A program made the position numbers and the translations under genes. A stretch of DNA of 64,000 nucleotides from Octopus bimaculoides. Its lineage: Eukaryota. The stretch spans positions 9,804,602 through 9,868,601 of the forward strand of contig NC_068998.1 of the NCBI RefSeq assembly GCF_001194135.2. Direction: 5' to 3'. This document shows positions 10,906-24,458 of this stretch, piece by piece; positions within the stretch are counted from its first letter, which is position 1; every line of letters starts with the position of its first letter. Under the pieces are notes generated by a model. It had not been told where the DNA came from and made no database searches. It saw nothing but the letters and a program-made list of their open reading frames with translations.

Positions 10906-12419
10906 TAAGGATTTTAGGGTATGGTTTGAATCGCTATTTAGTTGCTATTTCTAGCACGTCGAGTTAACGCCTAGAGAAAGGGTCTCGGGTTGGATCGCTT
11001 TGTTGAACAATGGTGGAGACTACTGGGAGTTATAGTAGGTGTGGTGGTGTGGATGGTGGTGGGGATCATGCTAGAGTTAGTAGTAGTAGCAGTAGTAGTA
11101 ACAATCGTAATATCAGTTGTTGGGTAGTACTGGTAGTGGAGCGGATGGTCCTGCTTGAAGGATTTTAATGATTTATAAGCAGGCATGAGCGGCGCTACTA
11201 AGAAAATTGAAGGTAATTTATCGTTAGGCATACCATACTATACCATTCAGAAAGTCCCGCGGGCCGCAGGTTGCTCGTGATTGGTTTATAGTTGTTATTT
11301 AGTCCCAGCTGTGCCAATCCTGACGTTTTTTGTAGATTGAGAACTCCAGCCTTTTGTTTTAGGACGAAGACGATAGAATATAAATGGAACTAGATAGATA
11401 GATAGATAGAGAGAGAGAGATTTGGTTGCTATATCTAGCAAAGGCTGAGCGAACGACCAAGTTCCGCTCAGAGTGACGTTAGCTACGGTGATTGTAATGG
11501 TGACGGCGTAATTAAGTAATTAACAGAATGGGACGATAATATTGAAGATATACAACCATAATGGTGATTAGAATGGCGGTGGTAAGTGGTGGTGGTTTTA
11601 CGAGATTCATAGCGGTGATATTTGCCAGTGGCGAATGTGTTGGTTGTCCTACAAAACTCCGCGTTTGAGTTCAAATCACGTCGAGATCAACTTTGTCTTT
11701 CGATTCTTCTTCTTCCGGAGTCGACAAAACTAAAGTACCAGTGAAATTACAGAGGTGGAATTTAATCGACTAGACACTTCCCACCAAATTTCTGACTTAG
11801 TACTTACCTATTTTAGAAAATATAAGGTGAGTAGTACAAGAGGTGGTGGTGGTGGTGAAACGATGCAGTTTCTGATTGTGATGGATGATGGTAGTGGTGG
11901 GGAGAAATACCAATGAAAGAAGATGCGCTGGAGATTTGTAAAGAAAGGTTGTGGTGTTGAAGGTGGTGAAATCTTGTTAGTGGTGGTAGCAGTAGCAGCC
12001 GCAGCAGCAGCACCGGTAATAGTAGTAACAGGAGTTATTGTCGTACTAAAGGTTAGTAAAAGGAGAAGTAGCTGAAAGGTGTGTGGAGAGAGAGAGAGAG
12101 AGAGAGAGAGGTTATCTAGACAGAAGCGTTGATGTGGTCATTTAAACTGAGCTAAAAATAGAAACATCAACACATACACATGTGCTGTCTGTCGGCCTGA
12201 CTGCCTGTCTGCCTGTGAGTGTGTGTGTGTGAGTGTGTGTGTGGATGTGCATGTTTTTCAATGACACGTGTATAGACATAGTTGTTATATGTAAATGTGA
12301 ATTTGTGTATAAGAACGTATAAGTGTGAATTACATCAGCATTTTTGCGTTGTTGAATATTTGCATTCGCTCTTTACCTAGTTTTGTTTGTTTTTTTTTTT
12401 GTATTTATTTTTGCATTAT

Positions 12420-13873
12420 ATATATAATACGTATATATATATATATATATATACACACACATTTATATAATATATATGTATTCATACTCATACATAAATA
12501 TCTACACGCACATACACATATATGTGTATATCTATATATGTAAATGACTGCAGTTTTCAAGCTGAAACTGGTTAAAGAGTTTATACACACACACACACAC
12601 ACATATATATGTATATATGTGCGTGTATGTATGTATATATATACATACACGCATGCACACATATATATATATATATATATATATAAATGCATATACATAT
12701 ATACATACAATTATTATACGTGTATATATCCCTTAGATACACACGCACATACTCCTATAACGTTTATATATTTATACAACACATGTAAGCATATTTAACG
12801 ATTTGTGACTATGTATGTGTGTATGTGTGAGTGAGCGTGTGTGTGTGTGTGTGTGTGTTTGTGCAACATTTCTGCAGTTGTATTTGTGTGTGAACACATG
12901 GGCCGCCCACATATCCAAACACGCGAGTACACACATGGGCCATCCGCTTCTATAGTTTCACGTAAAAGCAAATACACACACATACATAGATGTTCTCATA
13001 CACGCACAATATGTACGTCCATTGTTATACATACGCACACGCGCACATACATACATAGAAATTTTCATACACAGACCCACATACATTGTGATACTCACAC
13101 ACACTCGTATATACAAACATAAGTGTATCGTGATGCACACATAGAACATATATATATATAAACATACACATATACGGATACAAGTATATCTACAATATTT
13201 ACACAGGTTAAACTGTAAATCAAACTTTCTACTTTTTTCTTTCTCTCTATATCTCTCACACAAAAACAAATTTAACACACACGCACACACACATAGTTAT
13301 ATACAAACACAGACATTTCTAGCCGCAGAGGCACTTATATACACAAACATATTAAGATACATACATATAAAGAAAGATATAAACATATACACACTATGAA
13401 AAGCTACTCCACAGAATAGCTTACCGGTATAAAACGAAATCACACACAGCTATTAAACGGATTCATGAAGACACGCAAACATAGAAAGGAAAACGGATAT
13501 TTCATGCGCAAACTATCATACAGTCACACAGCCACACACACGCACATAGACACAAACAGACTGACACACAAACAGACACATAGACAATCAGACATACACA
13601 AACACATACACACACACACACACGGTCGCCCGCGCGCGCACTGGCGGACACGCGCACGCATGCACACAGTGACATATGTATACAATTACACTGAAAGCCG
13701 CCTTTATGCTTCCATCAGTAGTAACACACCCACTAACGCACACACGCACTGAGGAGTGCGCGCACACACACATAAGCAGACTTTACGCATACGTAGATAA
13801 TCCATCGTTGTACAGACTCACAAAACCGCACTACTAAATTCAATTATATACACACACACTGACACACGTACAC

Positions 13874-13916
<43 letters not shown>

Positions 13917-13920
13917 TACA
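12420..13920. repeat. Compound (TA)n/(CA)n/(TG)n microsatellite field
   Basis: Alternating dinucleotide runs that account for the YIYI and HTHT ORFs. Confidence 0.95.
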
Positions 13921-14113
13921 TAGAGAGGAAAACCAGTCGCTGAGATTGCAAGACTCGGCTTGCCTTGCTCGTAAAGAGCAGAAGTACAAATTTATATCGG
14001 AAGGTTAGTTTTGATCTGGTCATTTTATTATTAAAAACAAAACCATATATTTAATACCTTTGTGCCATTAATGCTCGTATGAATACATATACAAATAGAT
14101 AGAACAATGCTTA

Positions 14114-14151
<38 letters not shown>

Positions 14152-14372
14152 AAACACGTATTATAACTTTACACTGTGTATGTAGATATGTATATATATA
14201 TTTATATACTTTTAACTTAATAGATACGTTACATACATTAATATTTGTATATGTATATGTTAAATATATGTATACATTGTTTATTATATACCATTTAATG
14301 TGTAACTATATACATGTTTTTAATGCAATGTTTATCTATTTATCTATCTATCTATCTATCTGTTCTGTCCTG

Positions 14373-14409
<37 letters not shown>

Positions 14410-14586
14410 ATACACACACATATGTGTACGTATATTCTTACACACATACACGTGTGTTTTGACTTATTCTTTTAATATTATTCGTGTTTGTATAGATTTA
14501 GTTTAATTTATTATAAAAATCTTTTAATTCTTAATATGTACTTATATACATAAATAGCTATGTATCTGTCTTTAAATGTATGTATG

Positions 14587-14622
<36 letters not shown>

Positions 14623-14641
14623 CATTTATATATCTACGGTG

Positions 14642-14698
<57 letters not shown>

Positions 14699-14993
14699 AA
14701 CATACGTACGTACATATGTATTAAGAAAGTATGACTAGTATAAGAAGACAGTACGGGAGCGACAAGTTTTAACAAATGTATTAGTTTAGTTTATGTATAC
14801 ACATATTCATATTTATTCATGAATGCATATATATATACAGTGAAGGAAATGGATATTAATAATTTGGGTTACATTGATGTCTGAGTGACATTAAGTTGGG
14901 AAGGTGGGGCAAGTGAAAATCTACCTCCTTCGGGAACCGAATAAGGGAACACCTTCCTTCTACGTACCCAGCCCTATTTCCAAGAAAGTGTGC

Positions 14994-15024
<31 letters not shown>

Positions 15025-15578
15025 TGTATTGTATTGTATGTGTGTATATTTATGCACACGTATGCATGTATGTGTGCGTCTGTCTGTCTATGCATGTTTA
15101 TATCTAGCTGCCTGTGTGTGTATGTATATATGTATGTATATATATGTGTGTGGTATGCATTTATGTATCTGTCTGTCTGCCTGTCTGTTTATGCATGTAT
15201 ATATCTAGTTGTGTATGTATCTATTCGTGTACACATATACATATATGTATACACACAATAAACACGCACATTGATACACACGGGCAAGACACGTAACTTG
15301 TATATTCCAAATGTGTTGTCAAACAATAGAAGATATTTGTGGCTATTATTATTTTTATGTAAACACGTGTATATATCTATCTGTTTATCCACAGATAATC
15401 TTTTTTATGTTTTATACGGTATAATACATACATACATACATATATATATACATGTACGTATGTGTGTATGTATGTATGTATATACATACCCAATATACGC
15501 GCTTAACTATATGGATGGATGAATAGATGCATATATATATATTTATTGGCTAAACTGGCAATATGACCATCCCCAAGT

Positions 15579-15629
<51 letters not shown>

Positions 15630-15832
15630 NNNNNNNNNNNNNNNNNNNNNNNNNNNNNNNNNNNNNNNNNNNNNNNNNNNNNNNNNNNNNNNNNNNNNNN
15701 NNNNNNNNNNNNNNNNNNNNNNNNNNNNNNNNNNNNNNNNNNNNNNNNNNNNNNNNNNNNNNNNNNNNNNNNNNNNNNNNNNNNNNNNNNNNNNNNNNNN
15801 NNNNNNNNNNNNNNNNNNNNNNNNNNNNNNNN

Positions 15833-15879
<47 letters not shown>

Positions 15880-15898
15880 TGTATGTATGTCTGTACAT

Positions 15899-15963
<65 letters not shown>

Positions 15964-16039
15964 CACGCATATATATATATGTATGTATATAACGTGTGTA
16001 GCAGGTATTTAAATCGTCGAACATTCTATGAGTCAACTA

Positions 16040-16112
16040 GAGAATCTCTACGCGATCTTGAAACCGGCCAGAAATAGCAGCCAAATCTCCCTCAAATGAC
16101 ACACTACCGTTT
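16040..16112 (+). repeat. Family E dispersed repeat fragment
   Basis: AGAAATAGCAGCCAAATCTCCCTCAAAT. The same motif recurs in either orientation at about 10940, 11420, 20350, 32930, 33200, 34095, 37170, 37415 and 50265. Confidence 0.7.
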
Positions 16113-16479
16113 TAATAATAATGATAATAATAATTATTATTATTGTTCACTGTAATTTTGGCAGAAGGCCAGCAATTTTAGGAGAAGGAGGAGGGGTCAA
16201 GTCAATTACATCGACCCCTAGTGATCAACTGGTATTTATTTTATCAATCCGGAAGGATGAAAGGCTAAGTGACTTCGGCGGAATTTTAACTCGGGGAGGG
16301 GCAATAATAATAATAATAGTTTTTGATATAGGCACAAGAGCAGCACTTTTTAGGAGACGCTGTTAGTCGATGCCATCACGCCCTCTTCCCGCAAATAATA
16401 AAGAATAATAATTAATAATAAATACATCGGGTGATGTAGAAAACCCTTAAAAACTAGGAGATGATGACAGCTTCTAGGC

Positions 16480-16610
16480 CAGACGCGGGCGACCCTTTTC
16501 TGGAGGATCAGTCCGCGTGAGACATGGTTTATCATCTGGCGGGCCGCACTGCTAAAAAACTCAAGGTAATTTTTTATGAAGTCTCGCGGACCTTATGTTG
16601 CCCACGACTG
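16480..16610. mobile_element. hAT (Charlie-like) MITE, 131 bp, with 8-bp TSD
   Basis: TIRs CAGACGCGGGCGAC and GTTGCCCACGACTG match at 11/14. A perfect TSD TTCTAGGC lies at 16472-16479 and 16611-16618, fitting the NTCTAGAN-type target of Charlie elements. Confidence 0.9.
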
Positions 16611-17302
16611 TTCTAGGCCTTTGATGGTTTGTTTCTGCTCGAATAGGATTAACATATGGGGCATACGAACGATCATACCCTTCTCTTCACTAAGAAATTC
16701 ACCTCGATATCTAAGAGAAAGCGAATGAAAGACATTTTATTGGACAAATTGAGAAAATTAGTCGCACGTTTAATAGTGCTATTACTGTACTTTCAGACTA
16801 TCGATAGATTTTTGTTAGATAATACAGTATAAAGTATTAGACTGATGTAAACATCACCTTGTCGTTAAATATACAATGAATTTACATGGACGGGACAAAA
16901 TGGGAAGGAGAGGTAGAAGGTTACGATAATTTTTAAATAATAAATAATTCACAAGGATATTAAAATATATCACTCATCCTCATGGAAAACCTTAAGAAAT
17001 AAATATATTAATAAGAAAAATATCTTGCAATCTATGTGTAATAAACGAAAATTCAAGGTGATGTATGTTTGTTTAGTAAAATGTGTTTTGATTTTATTGT
17101 TCGTGGGAAACGGTTTTCTTTGTCACAAATATACTTGTTCTTTCTCGACATACTTAGGAAATTCCCACCATCGGTCGGGGTTTGATTACGTCTGTGGGTA
17201 TCCATTAAGTTTTATATACATTGATACACGCATGCATACATATACACGATGTGTGTGTATATATATATTATATATATAGAAATATTAATATTTCTAAGTA
17301 TC

Positions 17303-17551
17303 TCTTTACTTGTTTTAGTCATTTGACTGCGGCCATGCTGGAGCACCGCACTTAGTAGAACAAATCGACCCCAGGACTTATTGTTTGTGAGCTTAGTACT
17401 TATTCTATGGGTCTCTTTTGCCGAACCGCTAAGTTAGAGGGACGCACACACACCAGCATCAGTTGTCTAGCGATGGTGGGGGACAAACACAGACACACAA
17501 ACACACACACAAATTATATATATATATATATATATATACACGACGGGCTTC
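17303..17551 (-). mobile_element. SINE B, 3' two-thirds
   Basis: TTTACTTGTTTTAGTCATTTGACTGCGGCCATGCTGGAGCACCG...TTTGCCGAACCGCTAAG...CGACGGGCTTC. Confidence 0.85.
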
Positions 17552-18641
17552 ATATATTAAGATGCCTGTGCATAATTTAATACACGTACATATACATGTA
17601 TATAGCATACATATGCAGACATGGACGGATAGTTTTGTGTGTGTACAAAAAACACTCATGCACATTTGTGTCTGGGTATATATATAAACACTCATGCACA
17701 TTGATGTGTGTGTGTGTGTATGCGTATGACTGTGCGTGTGTGTGGGGTATGGGAGGGTGTGTGTGTGGTTCATAAATTATCTTTACAACTTCCACAATTT
17801 ATTGTATCAAATTGTAAAAGTAATTTATGGACACTCTGTACATATAGACACACGTATACATATACACACACATACATACTTATACACATCGCACACACAA
17901 ACATACATACTTACACACACTTTATGCATGCATACACTATGTTTGTGCCTGTTTCTCTTAACATTGTCTGAACATATAGCTTGTCTCGTGATATTTCCAG
18001 GGGACCTTTACGTCTCCTTTTGGGAACCGTTCACCTCATTTCTACTGCGAATGACCTTGAGAAAGGCACAAACATCACAGCCATCCCAAAGCACCCTACT
18101 CCATCCCTTCGTTCTGTTAACATAAGGGGTTTCAAATTATTCTTCTACTCTTATATTAAACGTGGTGTAACATTTTTTTTTTTCAAGTTTTCCCAAAATA
18201 GAAATTAGGGTATCTTTTCCCTATGCGTAGGGAGTCAGATTTTTATGATAGCGTTAAGGGGCTGGCGTATTTATTGTGATACGTTAATATCATGTTATAA
18301 GGCATGCGATAGTTACACAACTTCCTCTACCGAAACCAAAGTTTTTTTCTTTCATTCCCGAAGCTATTGAAAGATGTCTTGTCTTATTGTATTTCTGTCC
18401 AGCGTCCAATAACGAAAGAGTACTCTTCTCCGATTAGAAATGGTGACTATACGGAAACCCTCACCCTACACCAAAATATTGGTCACATGAACACACACAC
18501 ACAACCCCCCCCATACACACATTTCGCTTAGATATTATTTTATTTTTTTTACTTGTTTCAGTCATTTGACTGCGGCCATATTGGAGCACCGCCTTGAAGG
18601 TTTTAATCGAACAGATCGATCCCAGGAGTTTTTTTTTAATC

Positions 18642-18941
18642 GTGGAGGCCCAGTGGTTAGGGCAGCGGACTCGCGGTCATAGGATCGTGGTTCGATTCCC
18701 AGACCGGGCGTTGTGAGTGTTTATTGAGCGAAAACACCTAAAGCTCCACGAGGCTCCGGCAGTATCTTCTACTATTGCCTCGGGTTGACCAAAGCCTTGT
18801 GAGTGGATTTGGTAGACGGAAACTGAAAGAAGCCCGTCATGTGTTGTGTGTGTATGTTCCCCCGTCACCGCTTGAGAACCAGTGTTGGTGTGTTTTCGTC
18901 CCCGTAACTGAGCGGTTCGGCAAAACTGTCTGATAGAATAA
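18642..18941 (+). mobile_element. Chimeric SINE: family A head (18642-18762) fused to family B body (18763-18941)
   Basis: The junction CCGGCAG|TATCTTCT corresponds to B GGGCAAG|TGTCTTCT, i.e. GGCA(A)G microhomology. Confidence 0.8.
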
Positions 18942-18944
18942 GTT

Positions 18945-19307
18945 TTGTTGTTGGCACTCCGTCGCTTACGACGTCGAGGGTTCCAGTTGATCCGATCAAC
19001 GGAACAGCCTGCTCGTGAAATTAACGTGCAAGTGGCTGAGCACTCCACAGACACGTGTACCCTTAACGTAGTTCTCGGGGATAGTGTGACAAGGCTGGCC
19101 ATTTGAATTACAGGTACAACAGAAGCAAGAAGAAAGAGTGGGAGAAAGCTGTGGTGAAAAAGTACAGCAGAATCCCCTGCCGGAGCCTTGTGGAGCTTTA
19201 GGTGTTTTCGCTCAATAAACACTCACAACGCCCGGTCTGGGAATCGAAACCGCGATTCTATGACCGCGAGTCCGCTGCCCTAACCACTGGGCCATTGCGC
19301 CTCCACT
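18945..19307 (-). mobile_element. SINE family A, near full-length
   Basis: The reverse complement starts AGTGGAGGCGCAATGGCCCAGTGGTTAGGG and ends GGAGTGCCAACAACA. Confidence 0.9.
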
Positions 19308-20864
19308 AGTACAGAGCGTAATATGAAATCAAACGACAAAGGAACGGGAAATTGTGCTATGAACCTCATTAGCTTATTCATAAGTTTCTGTATTTATGAT
19401 GCTATGCACTCTGAGCTGATTGCTTGCTCATTACCTTATAGCTTTCAATATAATTTCCTTTTCCTTTGAAATTTATACACACACACACACTACAAAATTA
19501 AAATACACAAAATATTCAACTCTNNNNNNNNNNNNNNNNNNNNNNNNNNNNNNNNNNNNNNNNNNNNNNNNNNNNNNNNNNNNNNNNNNNNNNNNNNNNN
19601 NNNNNNNNNNNNNNNNNNNNNNNNNNNNNNNNNNNNNNNNNNNNNNNNNNNNNNNNNNNNNNNNNNNNNNNNNNNNNNNNNNNNNNNNNNNNNNNNNNNN
19701 NNNNNNNNNNNNNNNNNNNNNNNNNNNNNNNNNNNNNNNNNNNNNNNNNNNNNNNNNNNNNNNNNNNNNNNNNNNNNNNNNNNNNNNNNNNNNNNNNNNN
19801 NNNNNNNNNNNNNNNNNNNNNNNNNNNNNNNNNNNNNNNNNNNNNNNNNNNNNNNNNNNNNNNNNNNNNNNNNNNNNNNNNNNNNNNNNNNNNNNNNNNN
19901 NNNNNNNNNNNNNNNNNNNNNNNNNNNNNNNNNNNNNNNNNNNNNNNNNNNNNNNNNNNNNNNNNNNNNNNNNNNNNNNNNNNNNNNNNNNNNNNNNNNN
20001 NNNNNNNNNNNNNNNNNNNNNNNNNNNNNNNNNNNNNNNNNNNNNNNNNNNNNNNNNNNNNNNNNNNTGATGACGAAAATCACATTCTTTTTTTCTTCTT
20101 TCTACAAGCATTTAAAATTAACAAGTGGTTTCAAATTTCCACTAGATTATTTTCAAAAAAATGTAGTTCTGATGTAAATTTGTGATGACGAAAATCCCAC
20201 TCGTTCTTTTTTTTTTTTTTAGTCTACAAGCATTAAAAATTAGCAAGTGGTTGGAAGAAATTTAACAAGATCCGTTTGCCTATCTAGGACTACATTGTAC
20301 TATGTATCCTTCCAATTTTGAAGCCTGAATAGTATGAATTGTAAAAACTTGGCTGCTATTTTTAGTAGGCCGAACGACCACTTGGTGCAAAGGACAGGGG
20401 ACCTTTTAAATACGAAGGTGTAATTGCAAATGCAAGAACCTAGTGTGGCTCCATCTGTGCTAAGAAAAAATAATGCACCTTTAATTTTACAAATTCATAG
20501 GGCTTCAGCTTATATAAACTAGCTGGTCTCGTGGAAACTGCATATTTTATAGATGTTTTAATGCTTAAATTTAGCAAAGTTCTTGGATTTATCCGTAATC
20601 CACGACCTCCAGTGTAAAACAGAAGGGGCCCCATATAGAAACGATATGCTATATTCACCCAATTTACAGATAAATCTACTTTACGTAACTCTTAGGATAA
20701 ATTAAACTGTGTTAATTGCCGTTTTAGATGGTTTTTTTTTCATGACAGAAAACGCTACAATAGACATTCGGAGATTCCAAATGTTTAGTGCAAATATGGT
20801 TTTATAAATCAATAATGGAGCCTGTAATTACTAAAACTAATAAAACTAAATCACCATTTTATTG

Positions 20865-20940
20865 TACATCTATCCTCGTTTATCACGGGGGTTTGGTTAA
20901 TGACCCTAAAAAAAAAAACAGTGATAAATGAATCACCTAT
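20865..20940 (+). mobile_element. Possible pogo/Tigger-like MITE end
   Basis: TATCCTCGTTTATCACGGGGGTTTGGTT...GACCC...GTGATAAATGAA resembles Tigger/MER2-type termini. This rests on pattern recognition only. Confidence 0.35.
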
Positions 20941-21282
20941 AGGCATTTTTTAAAAGAATGAATGGTAAATTGACACGAAACTCGCGGCCTACAGCAGTGA
21001 AACTTCCACCGTCTGCGTCGTTGTTAGGATTAGGTTCCGTCGTATAGTTTTCTTTTCACTGGTCTCATGTTGATAGGCACGTAATACACAGACTTGCAAC
21101 ACGGTCGTGTAAGTACAAGCTATTTTCAGTGTATTCTATATAGTTGAGCATTGTGTATGGTCGCTGAGGCACGTTTTTTTTGTTTCTTTTGTGTGTGCTA
21201 CAAGCAGAACTTTTGATTGGTTGCCGACCTGTGTTAACACACATCAAGTCGTGATAAGCGTAACATTGTTCACAATTGAGTA

Positions 21283-21668
21283 TAGGCGCAGGAGTGGCTG
21301 TGTGGTAGGTAGCTTGCTTACCAACCACATGGTTCCGGGTTCAGTCCCACTGCGTGACACCTTGGGCAAGTGTCTTCTGCTATAGCCTCGGGCCGACCAA
21401 AGCCTTGTGAGTGGATTTGGTAGACGGAAACTGAAAGAAGCCCGTCGTATATATGTATATATATATGTATGTGTGTGTGTTTGTCCCTCCAACATCGCTT
21501 GACAACCGATGCTGGTGTGTTTACGTCCCCACAACTGAGCGGTTCGGCAAAACAGACCGATAGAATAAGTACTAGGCTTACAAAGAACAAGTCCTGGGGT
21601 CGATTTGGTCGACTAAAGGCGGTGCTCCAGCATGGCCGCAGTCAAATGACTGAAGCAAGTAAAAGAGT
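21283..21668 (+). mobile_element. SINE family B, full-length
   Basis: Intact head GGCGCAGGAGTGGCTGTGTGG through tail CAGTCAAATGACTG...AAAAGAG. Confidence 0.92.
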
Positions 21669-22696
21669 ATGCCACATTATACCGCTCGATCAGAGAAAAA
21701 TGGATCAGTGGTAATCGAGGCTACATGTATAATTTATAAACAATAAAACACCATTTCTTCAAACATTTTGTAGACTCGTGGAGTCCAGCATATCGTTTCT
21801 ATGTAGTCGCTTCTGTTTTGAACTCGAAGTCGTTGTTTACCTTCATATTCGACACCTTTACCCATAAATTTATAGATGTTCACAGCAATGTTTCATTACG
21901 TTAGAGGTCTGGATTATCTTTTCGATTTCGTTCCATAGTTGAGGATGTTTAAAGCGTACAACTCGAGTATATATCGTGATAAAGAGAATAATATGTACAT
22001 TACTGTTTCGGTCTGAAGGCTTAACGAAACTGTTCTTTATATATATATATATATATATATATACGTTCTTCTTAAAAATCTTCCTTAGCAGCTATTTCCA
22101 AATTTGAATGTAAGCGACGAGTTTCCCTCGTTGTTTTGCAAGTTCCCATTTTTGTTGTAGAGTTTTTGACAATGATAGAAAACAGTGAAATGTAAATGTT
22201 ACAAAAATTAGAAACCAGTTTGTTTCCTCTATATTTACTGATTTCCCGACGTTCTCAGCAGTTTATTGTTTATGGAAACTCTGTGTGTGTGTGTGTGTGT
22301 GTGTGCCTGTGTGTGTGCGGCGTGCATTCGAAATCTCAAGCAGATGAAAGACATTGTCGAATGTGTGTGTGTGTGTGTGTGAGTGTTCGGCAATCACCGG
22401 CACACGAAAAACATTGCCGAAAACACATATATAAAATAAACATATCTTAAATTTTTCCGGAAACTGCCGAGAACGTCCGTGAATCAGCTGGCAAAATTTT
22501 GACAGTTACCATATTTATACCCAAAGAATGCCTACAAACATCGTTAGAATACGAATGAATGCAACAACTCTCCATTTTAATGTCACCTTCTAAACTCAAT
22601 TTAGCTAGCTTGTATGATTACTGCATGTCTGACAAAGACGAAATGGTTTCGACCGGAAATGGTCGTAAGGTCGTCTGCTCGATCAAGGTTCTAAAG

Positions 22697-22925
22697 CAGT
22701 GGTTCTTAATAATTTTTTGCCTGTGGACTCCTGTGTTTCCGATTTTATTTGGATGGATCCTCATAGCCATTCGAGGTTTAAAATATCCTGTTAGAATTTT
22801 AGAATTAGATATCATTAGAAATTGTATAAACAAAAATATTTGGTGTAATATAGAAGTATGAACAATTTATTGCATATAAATTTTAGCAACTAAATCTTTT
22901 ATGGGCTCTAGTTGAGAACGATAAC
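22697..22925 (+). mobile_element. hAT/Charlie-like non-autonomous element
   Basis: Begins CAGTGGTTCTTAA and ends near GTTGAGAAC. A homologous copy starts at 27775 (CAGTGTTTCTTAACC). No clean TSD. Confidence 0.55.
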
Positions 22926-23450
22926 AAATAATTTTAGGGCTAGGGGTTCTCAAGTTGAGGTACGCATACACCTAGAGACACACGCAAAATTTGTAAAAAC
23001 ACTGCACTTCCGAAGTGATCACAAATCACAGCGTTATGTATTTAGAAAATGTGTGGAGAGCCTTTTCAGGCCTTGTACCTGTAAAAAAAAAAAAGAGGAA
23101 AAAGGAACGGTTTGTGAGTTCGGTAGCCATGGTTAGACCACTGGGCCGGTTAACGTATACGCAACATTCTTGGACACGCAAATTTTCAAAAGAAAACTAA
23201 AAACAGCACGGGAACTGGTAATTTAGAGCGTGTTTCTTTTTTGAATATATGAACTTCTGACGATATATATATATATATATATATACGCGCGCGGTGTGTG
23301 TGTGTGTGGTTTCTGATTTGGCCACAAGTCAAGCGATTTTGAAGGATCCTTATACTTAACCGACTGGTACTTTATTGTACCGATTCTGAAAGGTGAATTT
23401 GACCTCATCGGAGTGTGTGTGTGTGTGTGTGTGTGCATGTATGTATGTTT

Positions 23451-23770
23451 AGAAGCCGCGTGGTTTTTTAATGACTAGGGCATTTGGCTGACGCTCGTAA
23501 AGTCCTGCATTCTATTCTCGGCGGTGCGTTGTGTCCTAGAATAAGCCACTATTTCTCGTTGCTGCAGTCCATTCAGCTGACAAAAACGAGTTGTACTTGT
23601 AGTTCAAAAAGCCAGCTTTATCGCATTCGCTCTTACGCCCAATCTCCCCGAGAACTACGGTAAGGATACGCGTCTGTGCAGTGCTCAGCCATTTGCACGT
23701 TAATTTCACGAGCAGGCTGTTCCGTTGATTGGATCAACTGGAACACTCGTTGTCATAACCGACAGGGAGC
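23451..23770 (+). mobile_element. Modular SINE: F-type centre plus A-type 3' region
   Basis: 23521-23579 matches F at 49956-50017. 23620-23765 matches the family A 3' half (GAGAACTACG...CACGTTAATTTCACGAGCAGGCTGTTCCGTTG). Confidence 0.7.
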
Positions 23771-23957
23771 CATATTGCGAACTCCTTCCATCAAATCGAC
23801 ATTGCTTGGGATAGGCGCACAGTGTAGCACATGCTAGATGTTGCAGTGATGAAGTGTTTTGCTTACACATCACCTTGTCTGGGAATTGAAACCACGATTT
23901 TGCAACACCCAAACCACTAGGTTGCGCATACATACATACATACATACATACATACAT

Positions 23958-24458
23958 GAAATCAGCAGTCCTGCGGATGTCAACATCCCACTAAAGATTA
24001 GAGAAAAAGAGAACAACTACGCCGAGCTACTAAGAAATTTACAGATACTCCACCCAGACTACAAGTTCAGATTCATACCCGTGATTGTTGGGCCATTGGG
24101 ATATGTAATGAACTGCCTCAACAAAAACCTGGAAAAATTAGGTTTCTCAAAACCTGAAAGAAAAAGGCTGATTAGAAGACTACAGATTCAAGCCATCAAT
24201 GGAACTGTAAAGATATGTAAAACTTTCCAAAAATTTAGCACATAAATACATATGCATGCATCTAGACATAAAAACGCATCCATAAAGCAAACATACAAAT
24301 CTACGCATACACTAACACCAAATACTGCACACACACACACATATGCACAAATACCTAGATGATGTTGATAAAAGTTCCAATGAAGGAGCCTTGAATCTAT
24401 GTTAGAGTCCGGCTCTTTCTCTATGGACAAGAAATGCAGAAATGAAACTGATTGATAA
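23958..24458 (+). mobile_element. 5'-truncated RLE-type non-LTR retrotransposon (R4/Dong-like), endonuclease C-terminus plus 3' UTR
   Basis: An uninterrupted frame EISSPADVNIPLKIREKENNYAELL...FIPVIVGPLG...GTVKICKTF* (stop at 24245) matches the RLE C-terminal E..PxDxNI..K..EK..Y and IP(V/I)I(V/I)GALG pattern. Flanked by (CATA)n on both sides. Confidence 0.8.

Noticed and set aside
13925-14009. Possible exon ending at AAG|GTTAGT after a GC-richer stretch
   Set aside because: There is a short open frame only, with no ATG, no acceptor and no homology I recognise. RNA-seq would be needed.
17981-18208. ORF with GTVHLISTANDLEKGTN, reminiscent of the cadherin AxDxDxGxN motif (octopus protocadherin expansion)
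   Set aside because: It is an isolated partial motif. The flanking residues do not continue a cadherin fold, and there is no large exon or neighbouring repeats.
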